Source: Stegostoma tigrinum
Lineage: Eukaryota
Assembly (NCBI RefSeq): GCF_030684315.1
Contig: NC_081362.1
Location: forward strand, 64,708,586 to 64,772,585
DNA: 64,000 bases
Direction: 5' to 3'
Shown: positions 50,244 through 61,794 of the stretch, one piece after another
Numbering within the stretch: the first letter of the stretch is position 1
How the letters are laid out: each line of letters opens with the position of its first letter
Made by a program: the position numbers and the translations under genes
The notes under the pieces: generated by a model
What the model was told of the DNA's origin: nothing
What the model saw: only the letters and a program-made list of their open reading frames with translations
Database searches by the model: none

Positions 50244-51307
50244 CACAGAATCATCATGTTGCTTTTTCACTCATTTCCTGCTTCAGACCAAGCTAGAAAC
50301 TTGAGCAGACCAAATGTCCTGAAAGCAGGGCAAAACTGGCTTCTGTTCTATTGCCACCCAGTTCTACTGATTGTTTAGCAAGAGATTTCTCAATTCTAAT
50401 TCATTTAGCAACATTGTAGATTCTGATGCACATGTTAATTGTCTAAATTTTGCATCCTTCCTTGAAAAGCTTTGGTCCTGATCAATATTTTGTAATAATA
50501 TAAAATGCCTGGTATCGAGATATTGAATTCATGACAACAGCAGCATCAATATAATGGGATGTAGTGGTTGATCAGAATGCTATTTTCAGCTGTCCACCTT
50601 AATTCGGCCAGTTGTCAGACGAACATTCAGTCCAATTGAACCCATGCCCAACACTACTAATTTATAAGTATGGTCACAGATACTTCTGCTGCAGGATTAG
50701 GGATGCTGGCCACACGGTGAGGGTGAAAATTATTTTATTATTCCAAAGTTTGCATTAAAGCAAATGTGCATCTGGACATGGTAAATCATTCATCAGCCTC
50801 CCAGTTTATCCATTTGATTTGCCCTCAAATGTTTATCGGTAGAAAGACCTGTCAAGAAGCAGCTGCCTAAACATGACTCATGTACCATCAGAGCATTCTG
50901 AATTCTTTTCATAAATGTGCCAAAGTCAGCAGATTAATCTCAACTATTGAAAAAAGTTGCTCCCCTTTAGTGGTGAAGCATCGTTGCTGATAGAAGGAAT
51001 AATTTAACTCCGAACACTGGGGAGAAATTTTACTCGCAGGAGCGAATGGGTTTGGGAGTGGGAAGGGGTTAAAAAAAATTGAACTCAAGACAATGTTGGG
51101 AAGTGCACTCTGACCTTCCATCTTCCCCATTTATCTGTGGCACGTGAGACTGCATGCAAGCGACCCTTTTGGGAGAAATTGGATGTTCATTACAATATCC
51201 TAACAGCTTGTAAAACAACATTATTGTGAGTTTTAACTGTGATTGCAAGGTATTTGTAGGCTTCTTGGTACTTGTCAGTGAAAGGAAGGTGAGAACACAA
51301 CAATTTT

Positions 51308-51600
51308 TTAGATTAGATTCATTACAGTGTGGAAACAGGCCCTTCGGCCCAACAAGTCCACACTGCCCCTTGAAGAATCCCACCCAGACCCATCCCCCTA
51401 TAACCCACACACCCCTGAACACTACAGGCAATTTAGCATGGCCAATGCACCCAGCCTGCACATCTTTGGGCTGTGGGAGGAAACCCACACAGACACAGGG
51501 AGAATGTGCAAATGCTGCACAGACAGTTGTCGGAGGCTAGAATCGAACCCTGGTCCCTGGCACTGTGAGGCTGCAGTGCTAACCACTGAGCCACTGTGCA
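51308..51600 (-). mobile_element. HE1-type V-SINE, near full length
   Basis: Reverse complement begins GCACAGTGGCTCAGTGGTTAGCAC...GGGTTCGATTC; ends in an (AATCT)n tail. Confidence 0.9.
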
Positions 51601-51649
51601 GAGGAAAACAAAAGTCATAAGAAGCAGAACTCACAAGTGTTTTCTTTCC

Positions 51650-51898
51650 AAATAAAAGCAAAATACTGTGGATGCTGGAAATCTGAAACAAATATAGAAT
51701 ATGCTGGAGAAACTCAGCAGATCTGGCAGCACTTGTGGAAACAGAAGTGTTATTATTTTGAATACACTCTGGCTCTTTCTCAGAATCTTCAGAAGACCCT
51801 TCTGAAGAAGTGCTATCAGACTCGCAATGTTAACCTTGTTTCTGTCTCCTCAGATGCTGCCAGACTCATTGAATTTCTCTAGCATGTTCTGTGTTTGC
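51650..51898. mobile_element. Older inverted pair of PLE terminal repeats (family 2)
   Basis: atgctggagaaactcagcagatctggcagca versus gatgctgccagactcattgaatttctctagcat; decayed core TT-CTGAAGA...GCAAT-GTT-AA at ~51800-51835. Confidence 0.7.
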
Positions 51899-52019
51899 TT
51901 TCTTCCTTAATTATATGTAAATCTTTGAAGAATCCTCTTTAATCTGTTAGCTTGGACCTCAAATGTTGATGTCAGCAGTGTAGGAGCAGCAGCAACCTTA
52001 TCCTCACAGAAGAAGGGAT

Positions 52020-52760
52020 ACAGGGACTGTTTGTGAGAAAAGACACAGGGTGTACAAGCAAAGGGCCAACCTCCTTGACGTACTGGAACATGAGTATTTC
52101 AGGAGTCTCTGAATTTGGCATCAGTAGGTAGCTATTTGCAGCTGGCAGGAAGGTGAACTCTCTGAAAGTGGACCTAAATGCTATGTTTTGCTGGCTGCTG
52201 TTGAAGTAATCACTATCTTTAGCTGCTTTACCTCTGGCTCAGTCCACAGGTCTGCTAGACACATGTATCGGATCTTGCAGTTGGTTGCCTGTATCTGCAT
52301 GACACACATTACTGACGACATATTTAGCTGAGGAGAAAATTATGATCGCTTTGCTACCTTTGATGCCAGTCAGAGTGAATGGGAACTTGGATTTGCAGCT
52401 GACTACTAACCCTCAGATGTCGGGCATAATTGACTACACGTACATGGTGATTAAGTTTCCCTCGCGTAAAGGCTTCTATTCCAGCAAAGTACAACTGATA
52501 CGTAATCATGAAAGATCTTTCTGCAGGTAAGCATCTGGTTCCCTGGCAGATACGTTGACGCATTCATCCTATGGTGGTCCATTGTTCCTGATACCTTCCC
52601 AGCTCAAAACCAGCTTACTGGGTGGCTATTTGGAGCCAAGGGGTGCCCAGAGATCTAGGAGAAATCCTACCAGTGAGGCCCAGGAACAAGAAAAGTCTTA
52701 TTTCAATCATGTGTTATTGAGAAAGCCATCAGTGAGCACAAGACTTGGTTCAGGTGCCTA
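52020..52760 (+). pseudogene. Degenerate PIF/Harbinger DDE transposase
   Basis: Ordered motifs PQMSGIIDYTYMVIKFP..RKGFYSSKVQLIRNH, FPGRYVDAFIL, GWLFGAKGCP, RNPTSEAQE match Harbinger/HARBI1-type G.IDCTH..I..P, RKG.HS.N.Q, FPGS.HDA.IL, WLLGD.GYP; frameshifted. Confidence 0.8.
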
Positions 52761-53974
52761 GATAAATCTGAAATCACTCTTCAATGCACAAACACACACC
52801 CAATCAAAGTCTACAGTACTAAAATCTGCACAGCATTACACAGCAATGAGAAATTAATCTTCAGAAGCTCAAGGCAAAATACATAGTGGCTGTTTGGTGG
52901 AGGAGGTGAAAGAGGACGGAAACGATGCGGCAAATATGCGAGCAGTAATGTAAATTGCTGTCAAGAATGCCATCATAATTGTGAAATTCAGTTAGAGTAC
53001 CCAGCCGACAGACAGATATTAAGCCCAATTTCCCAACGCCTTCTTTTAATACAAAGCAGTCATACAATTAGCCAAGTAACACTTTCATATCAACTCAATT
53101 CTCAATGTTAAATCATCACAATTTAAAAAAGCCATTCACCTGGTTTCAGCCAAAATTGGCCACAGGAAAATATTGCAAGAATGCAACATTTATGAAACTT
53201 AAACAGGAAACAGAAACTGAACAATCCAACACAGAGTAACATACCCATTTACATACACATGTTCAATTTCTAAGCTACTCTTCCTTCTCTGGGCAGCTCT
53301 ACATGGTGAACTCCCATTAATATTAAACGTGGAATCAGAATTGTCAGATCGTTCTGGGTCAATGCCTTTTAGGTTTTAAAGATTTGAAGGCCTTGTAAAC
53401 GCTTTTTCCAGCAGTTCCTTTGAGATATTGGGTGGCAATTGTAATATTGACTGAAATGGAAATATTGCAAGCCAATTCCCTGCTTCCATATCCCTTTCAC
53501 CATCAACCCTCTCATGGTACATTCATTTTTCTCCGTTAGCAAGAAGCCAGAAAGCACTTATGGCAGAGCTTAGGGACAATGAATGGTTAGCAGTCCGATT
53601 TAAAATGGAATAGTTTGTGTGAAAACCATTTGTTAAAGCGAGCATAAATTTTTTGACTGCTGTGTTTGATGCTTCATCTAGGCAGTTGCTCGTTCAATAA
53701 TGTTATGAATGTAGGTCTTTACAAGACAACAAAACTTTTACAATCTCTCCCTTCTCTCTTGTGGTCTGGTTGTTATGGACAAAAAAGTCTAATGAAAATG
53801 AATCATACCTAGATAGAGAAAATAAGGTAGCTGCTTTTTGGAGACAGGCAGTGAGACATTGAGAGACACGAACAGAATAACTACTGATGCATGAAGAACC
53901 AGCAGCTAAAACGCAAAGAACAAAATGGAGAATCTTTGAGTTAATGACTGAACAGAACACTTGTAAAAATTGGG

Positions 53975-55349
53975 GATAATAAAGTGTGAAGCTGGATGAA
54001 CACAGCAGGCCAAGCAGCATCTCAGGAGCACAAAAGCTGACGTTTCGGGCCTAGACCCTTCATCAGAGAGGGGAATGGGGAGAGGGTTCTGAAATAAATA
54101 GGGAGAGAGGGGGAGGCGGACCGAAGATGGAGAGAAAAGAAGATAGGTGGAGAGGACAGTAGAGGTGGGGAGGTAGGGAGGGGACAGGTCAGTCCAGGGA
54201 AGACGGACAGGTCAAGGTGGTGGGATGAGGTTAGTAGGTAGGAAATGGAGGTGCGGCTTGGGGTGGGAGGAAGGGATGGTGAGAGGAAGAACAGGTTAGG
54301 GAGGCAGAGACAGGCTGGGCTGGTTTTGGGATGCAGTGGGTGGAGGGGACGAGCTGGGATGGTTTTGGGATGTGGTGGGGGAAGGGGAGATTTTGAAGCT
54401 TGTGAAGTCCACATTGATACCATTGGGCTGCAGGGTTCCCAAGCGGAATATGAGTTGCTGTTCCTGCAACCTTCGGGTGGCATCTCTGTGGCACTGCAGG
54501 AGGCCCATGATGGACACGTCATCTAAAGAATGGGAGGGGGAGTTGAAATGGTTTGCGACTGGGAGGTGCAGTTGTTTATTGCGAACCAAGCGGAGGTGTT
54601 CTGCAAAGCGGTCCCCAAGCTTCCGCTTGGTTTCCCCAATGTAGAGGAAGCCACACCGGGTACAGTGGATACAGTATACCACATTGGCAGATGTGCAGGT
54701 GAACCTCTGCTTAATATGGAAAGTTATCTTGGGGCCTGGGATGGGGGTGTGGGAGGAGGTGTGGGGGCAAGTGTAGCACTTCCTGCGGTTGCAGGGGAAG
54801 GTGCCGCTGCTGCTGCCACCCACCCCGCTCCTCCCACTGCCCACGGAACCCCGCCCATGGCTGACGCCGACGGAACCACACCCACAGCCGACAACCTCAT
54901 CGCTCCGCCCACAACCTCCACAGCCAGCAACCCCAGAGACAGGCACACTGAGCCCTACCGAATCTTCACCATCCCCCCAGACTTCCCACTGACTGAGGAC
55001 GAATGGTCAGTCCTAAGCAAGGGGCTCACCTTTGCCCCCCTCCACCCACACATCAACGAATACCAGTCACGTTTGGACATAGAGCAGTTTTTCCACCGCC
55101 TTCGCCTCCACGCTCACTTCTCTAACCGGGAGCCTAACCCTCCCTCCACTGACCCCTTCACCTGCTTCCACTATAAGTCCTCCTCCTGGACACCACCCCC
55201 AGGCCTCCTACCCTCCCTTGACCTCCTCATCTCCAACTGCTGTCAACCTTTGGGTGGCATCATTGTGGCACTGCAGGAGGCCCATGATGGACATGTTGTC
55301 TGAGGAATGGGAGGGGGGGGGTTGAAATGGTTTGCGACTGGGAGGTGCA
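53975..55349. mobile_element. Rearranged PLE (copy D): minus 3' portion, plus N-terminal portion, minus endonuclease fragment
   Basis: 53975-54805(-) is linker, GIY-YIG, UTR and pLTR; 54806-55244(+) encodes RIFTIPPDFPLTEDEWSVLSKGLTFAP...DIEQFFHRLRLHAHF (conserved PLE N-terminal motif); 55244-55349(-) repeats 54467-54570. Confidence 0.92.
54036..54069 (-). ncRNA. Minimal hammerhead ribozyme motif in the PLE terminal repeat
   Basis: Reverse complement TCT-CTGATGA-A-GGGTCTAGGCCC-GAAAC-GTC-AGC, identical to 31970-32003. Confidence 0.65.
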
Positions 55350-56118
55350 TGTCAGCCTCTGGGCATCTACAAAGTGTCCTTTTCTGCAGATATTAATTGT
55401 GACATTGACAGAGAACCATCTCTGGTTATTCAGCGTCTCTGTCATGCTCTGTGTTCTCATTACCCACAAGGAAAGAAATGACCTATGAAAGAGAAAAGTG
55501 GGATGGATTAACTGTATGGAATATTGTCATTTGTCAAGGGTGACTATGAAGTGCGACATGGTATTAAGATGATAATGGCTATTAGTTATGGAGTGGCATT
55601 GGGGGATGTGAGGAAATGCATTAAAGGAGGGACACATCTACAAGAAAGCTTAGTGTGAGGAGTGATGTGCAGGTGAAGGCTTGAGATGTGTTTGGGGTGA
55701 TGTTTGTATCAGGAGGGATCAGCGTATTTGCCTTTTCTGCCCTGATTGCGTGTTAAAACCACCTTCAGATTGAATCCACAAATTCTGTGCCACATTCCTC
55801 ACTTACTGATCAACCAGCCATTTCATCTTTTCATTTTCATTAGCATGCTTCCTAGTCTTGTCTGAACACAGCAATGAGGCATCACAAAGGTGAAATGCAG
55901 ACTAGAACATTGGGAATTCTTTCTGATATTTTCTTCTGTCATTAAAGCATCTGCTTAATCCCTAAACTCTCACCTTTACAGTGTCCTGTTAAGTGCTGGA
56001 GTCAAACTCGACTTGTGGAAGTTATTATCAGTCTCCACAGCCTCATTGCTGAGGGGAACCAGAAGGCAGATGCAAATTCAGTGCCAAATGTACAAAGCTA
56101 CCAATGTTTACACACTGC

Positions 56119-56256
56119 TAACAAAGTGTGGAGCTGGAGGAATGCAGCAGGCCAGGCAGCATCAGAGGAACAGGAAAGCTGATGTTTCAGGTTGGGACCC
56201 TTCTTCAGCTCCACACTTGTTATCTCTGACTCCAGCATCTGCAGTTCTTGCCATCT
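56119..56256. mobile_element. Diverged, asymmetric inverted pLTR insertion
   Basis: taacaaagtgtggagctg ... cagctccacacttgttat inverted arms; minus-strand CTGAAGA-A-GGGTCCCAACCT-GAAAC-ATC; degenerate TSD CAATGTTTACAC (56102-56113) and CAATATTTGCAC (56257-56268). Confidence 0.75.
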
Positions 56257-57640
56257 CAATATTTGCACTGTGTTTCCTTCTGATGCTACCAATCTCCACC
56301 TGAGGTGGGTCATATATTACGATCAGCTCCCGACCAACAACCCCCACCATCCCCACAGCCCCACCATCAGCCCCCAATATCTCCAAGCATGATGATCAGC
56401 TTCGAGGTCTCCTAACTAATATTATTACACATTTTGTGGTCCAATTATGTGATTATCATGAACATTGTAAAATTCACAGATTTTGATGTTACATTGAGGG
56501 ACTTGAGAATATGAATGCTTAACATCTGCTTCAACAAATACTTTATTAATTTATAAAAGGTTTTAGCCTCTTTAAAATAAGCTACTGTTAAAATATCAGA
56601 TAAATGAATTGCTTGTGAAGACATTTAAGTGTATGTACATTAGAATTCTGTGATTTAATTACAAAGCTAAAACGTCCTTCTAACTGGAGTAAATGTCACG
56701 ATCCAGCTGCAGGCCTGGGAGAAGCAAGTGCATTGTGCCCCATCACTGCCAAACTTGTTGGACGTAGGCCACATTCAGATTTCTGCCTCAGTATGTTGAA
56801 GCAAACAACTTGTAAAACTCCTGCAACAAGACTGCGGGTGAGAGAGCTGGCATGTTTCAGATTGTACAATTCTTCAGCTACGTTTTAAATGGGGGACATT
56901 GGGTGAGGGTGCAATTAGCAATAAAACTGAAGATGCAACAATCTGATGTGATGCATTATGAGGCTTTTGGAAGAAGTATCACTCCAGAGGGCAATTATCG
57001 CATTCAGTCAAGGTTTGCAGTCCCCATGGAAGAGTGGTCCAAATCACTAGGATGAATTAGTAATGTGCACAGCAACTCAAACATTGAGTGTTTAGAATAG
57101 CAAGGAGTTAGGATACCTTAGTCAGTCTCTGGTAATTATGAACTTAACTTTAGTCAGAACTTTAAGTTCCACCCATGCCTTTTGTTGGCAAATCAAGTGG
57201 CATGGTGAGGGTTCTTGTGCCTAACATTCACCAGCCCTTTGGCCAATTAAGGCAATTATGTGACCATTAACCAGCACTTCACGGACTCCTGGTGCCCACC
57301 GGCCCTAAGGCTGATGGAAGACAACCTCTGATTCTCCCTCATATTCTACACTGCGGTAGGCTAGGGGTGGGGTCTGTTAGTGGTGTTGGCAAGGGGCTGG
57401 CAGCAGCGGAGTTAAGGGGTCACCTGGGGCATCAGCATCATCGTTGTTGTTGCTGTGCCCGTAGTGGAAATCCTTGAGGCCCGGGACACCTTGCAGAGAC
57501 CTTGCAGCAGCCTTGGTGGAGTGCTTGAGACCCAATTTAAACAGAAGATGAACTCTACTTAAGTAATTTCTTTCTATTCATTTTGTAAGTCAAGGGGTGC
57601 TGGAGTGCTGTGACAAAAAACTTTTCACTGGACGTTCCTA

Positions 57641-57820
57641 AACATATAGAACATAGAGAACATAGAACATAGAACAATACAGCGCAGAACAGGCCCTTCG
57701 GCCCTCAATGTTGCACCGACCTGTGAACTAATCTGAGCCCATCCCCCCCTACACTATCCCATCATCATCCATATGCTTATCCAAGGACTGTTTAAATGCC
57801 CCTAATGTGGCTGAGTTAAT
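57641..57820 (-). mobile_element. Young CR1-like LINE 3' tail
   Basis: (AACATAG)n tail, then cagcgcagaacaggcccttcggccc...ttatccaagg..tgtttaaatg. Confidence 0.7.
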
Positions 57821-60800
57821 TATGTGACAATAAAATCATTCATTCATTCTTGTCTTGTCTAAGAGTGAAAGCAGGGGCATTTTATGAATGAATGCCTGAC
57901 CCTGGTGAAATACCCCACTCATCCTCTTACCCAGCAAGGATCATCATGCTCCTGGTGACACTACTCCAGTTGTCACTACTGAAATTGACAAGTTCTCAAT
58001 CATTTGATTAACCATTAAATTAGCTTGAAGTTTCCTAGCCAGACTAATGAGTTCGCCTTTATCTTTGAACTTGCGCTGTGATAGGTGAGGCAGTGCCACG
58101 AGCCCTGTATGAAACTCTTGCTGTTATTTTCAACTGAATTCAAAGCATGGAATGCATACTGTAGACTTTCACTTCCCGTGCACTATTGTCTCACACTACT
58201 GAGTGTCGAGAGCTGCTCCTCAGCCCTCTGCCGGTGATGCAGGAACCACCAGTATATGCAAATGGCTGGAGAAGGTCCTGTACCAAACAGGATCCTCCTT
58301 CAGCTTGTGAGTGATATCAGGCTTTGGGCAGCCAAGATCATCCCAGCCCAATCATCAACCTCTTTCCACACACAGAGGCAATAACTCTTGGGAGCATACA
58401 ACAGCTTGCTCAGCAGCACATCTAGACACACACAATGTTTATGGGTGTTTGCACTTGTTAAGCCCTAACAGAGCATTGATGATTACATTTATGCCACAGC
58501 TAGTGCTGTTGGCTATCCATGATTCCCTGTTGCTTTTCAGATATCATCTCCAAACTTGCTCCTTCAAAGAGCCAATAGTGTTGGGGTGAGGTAAGCTGTG
58601 TTTGCACAATTCCCCACCTTTTCTCAGTGCACACAGTGAAACTGAGTGCTGGATATTGACGTGTGAAATGGAAGTGACAACAGCGGGTTCACATCAAACC
58701 AAGTTTTTTTATTGAACTGATGTTGAAACAACATTAGTGTCATGGGAAATGGCTGCCTATGAGATATTCTTGCACTTTGTTCCAATGCCTCTTATTTCGT
58801 GTTGCCTCCTGGAGATACTCAGTCTGCGTGAACTGCTCAACCTGTTCTCCATGTCCTCCTTGTTTGATAAGGATGTGACCAATGCTATTGAAGGCATTGG
58901 AACCTCCTTGATGCAAGATTTTGCATAACACTGCTGACCAGTATGACAGGTACCAGCCCTTTAGAATCAGGCATTAATACCATGATGGGCTGCAGCCTAA
59001 CAGCTCCCACAAGTCAGCCCAGTTGATCCCTTGAAAGCTTCGGATGCATAAGTGCTCAGATCCATTAATGCTCAGACTCCACTAAATTCCATGGGTTTCA
59101 GCTTCTCCTACAGCAAGGCCTCATTAGTCAGAGGAAGTTTCTTACCGATCTCAGCACTGACGCAGGCGTTTGTACAATAGCAGATCATGGAGGTGAGTCG
59201 AGTGCACTATCTGCTGCGGAAAGGCCGTTATTTGCACAACAGGTTGTTGGCAGGTCCTTTCTGCAGACGTTTTGTTGTGCCCAGCCATAGGCTGGCATGA
59301 TGTGCCACTCCTGATATGAAGCCATTCATGTCTTGCCCTTCGTCCCTCTTGCTTCCCTTCTCACAGCAGCCGCAATGACTGAACACATTAGCCCAAGGCC
59401 AGTTAATTCCTCTTCCTCATAGCTCTTTCCTCGCAGTCAACATTGCTTTGGACCTTACCTCCTGAACATGTCCATCTCCACCTCCTTTTCAGATCATCCA
59501 ACCTCTGATGCAGGCTCCAACCTTAGAGACTCTAATTATGACTCCGTGCCTGTGTTCTCCCTGTCAGCCAACAAAATTTCCCCAATATCTCTTTTCCAGA
59601 GGTGGCACTGATGGCTCACCTTGTTGCCGCTATACTTAACCTGTCTGCAATCTGACAGTTAGTAATCCCCATGGTGGTCTTTATTAACTCCATAAAATGA
59701 CGTTCAACTGCATCTGAATTCATCTTTGTTGCATTCTAAATGAGCAGCAAATCCACGCTATATTTCGCACTCCTTAGAAAATATGGAACCAGTTTCAGGA
59801 CATTGTTGTTCCAGGCAAGCACATTATATCTTAATTGTTCAATGCACCTTATGTTCTGTCCTACTCTATCAGGTTTGGTAAAATTCCACCCAATATATGC
59901 AAATTGATCCTTTCATTTTGAAGACCAACAGCAAAAATGCACAGTTTCCATGTAAACATAATCTGGTGTTTATCCCCAAATTGGATTTCCTCACAGTTGG
60001 TTGACACTGAGAGGATAATATTGGTTAATCATCAGTCACTACTTCCAATTTGTTTATTAGAGCACTAGGATCTGGTCAGCCTCTAAGACGTACATTTTCC
60101 CCACATCACCTCACAAATGATCATCCCACCATGTTATTAGAGTGTGACAGGCTGATGAATTTCCATCGGATTCAGAATAGACCCAGCTCTGTCCAACTCA
60201 ATATTAGATTGCTGTCAGAGAGGACCAATAAAAATGGCGGTTTACAAATGGAAGGAAACTCCCAGGGAGGGGGGAGTGCGGGAAATTGGTGGAGCCATGG
60301 GCTCTGTCTATTCATGCTCACAGTCTGAATGTGGTGGCCCTGCTCCATTTCCATTTCCCCACCCTTACCCCAGACTGCTACAGAAAGGTCGTATCCGTGA
60401 AACTGGCAAGTAGCAAGGAAAGCCCAGCTACGGTCACTAATATGTTGGCAACCATGTAAAATTGTTGGTAAAGGGCCTTTTATGATCCACATTGGTGACC
60501 AGTCTCCATGGAACATGCAGCATTTTATACACTAGAAAAATTCAAGTCAACACTTTTAGTGAAATTTTTATTTCTGTTAACCACATCGTCTAAACCTCAC
60601 ACCCACTGATTACTCACTCCCTGTATTTATACAAACAATTCCAACCCAACTAATCACCTTATCCATCGTCTGTGCCCTTATTCCATCAGTTCTTAGACAT
60701 CCTATCGGATCTTATTCAATGTTTAATGGAATACAATCCTTTTTAAAAGATCAATATACAGTGTATAAAAATGATAATTAAAATCAACAAAGCAAAATAC

Positions 60801-61794
60801 AGAAAATGACAACAGATTAAGCATCCCTATTTTTATTTGCTCATTCACATTCCAAGTGTCCTCTTTCAAGAATGTAAAACTTTTTTCAAAGTTATGGTTT
60901 TACAAAGGAAGCAGTCAGAAACTAATGGGTGATAGAAGCAATCAGGTTTCTGATGATTTTTTCTGATGACTGCTCCTATCACCCATTTCAATTGGAGATT
61001 TTTCCACTTCAACCCCCAGTCTATTTTTTATTCCCACCCTTCGTTAAGGGTGCATTAACCTATGGTGACTTATTATCAATGTAGCACTCAATGGGTATTT
61101 CTGTTAGATCTTTGTGGAATTTCTTCCAACATTTTGGCAAGAAAACACTATATCTACCCATCGCAAAGAGCAAGAGTTTTTGCCCTAAAATGCTTTTTGC
61201 TGCCCTTCTGATCTTTATAGCTTCCTAAACTAAAAGGCAACATTTATCTCCCTTTCCACACAAAAAAAACTATAATCCCACCTACTCCTAAGAACTCATC
61301 ACAAAGATTTGTTTAAGAAACATCACCAAAAGCAAAATGTTTCATGTTCTTGTCATCTCCCAGGGTGGAAACTTCAAAATGCAATGATCCATTTTTATTT
61401 TAATTTAGTTATACAATAGGTCTTCACAATCTCTCTATTTCAGTTTTCAAAGCAGCAGCATCTTTTTCTGTGAGGCCTTATTTTAAATAATAGTACTTGG
61501 GCAAATACTAGCCAAATAAAATTGCTGAAGTAAAGAGTTACTTCATCCATTCTACCTGATTTCTGATCCAATGCAGTAAAAAGTCCAGGAAGCCTGACCT
61601 CCAATTGTGAGTTCTGCTTTAAACCCTTTTAAAGGAAATGTTTTAATTGTATTGCTCCCACGCCACAAAATAAAATATTTACATGCAACATAAAGATGCC
61701 TGTGAACTACCCCTCATCATGCCAGTAAAATATGACAGTGTGTGCATTTAATTTAGATGGCCTTTAATGAGAAATACACATCTATTTAACTTCC

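Noticed and set aside
54530-55303. 257-aa ORF as a novel gene
   Set aside because: It is a read-through of antisense PLE sequence into the inverted PLE N-terminal segment, produced by the rearrangement.
12796-56256. Recurring ~80-bp sequence as a CRISPR-like array or classical MITE
   Set aside because: Copies are dispersed rather than regularly spaced, match the PLE 3' terminus, and have asymmetric arms, variable centres and variable-length TSDs, unlike CRISPR repeats or cut-and-paste MITEs.
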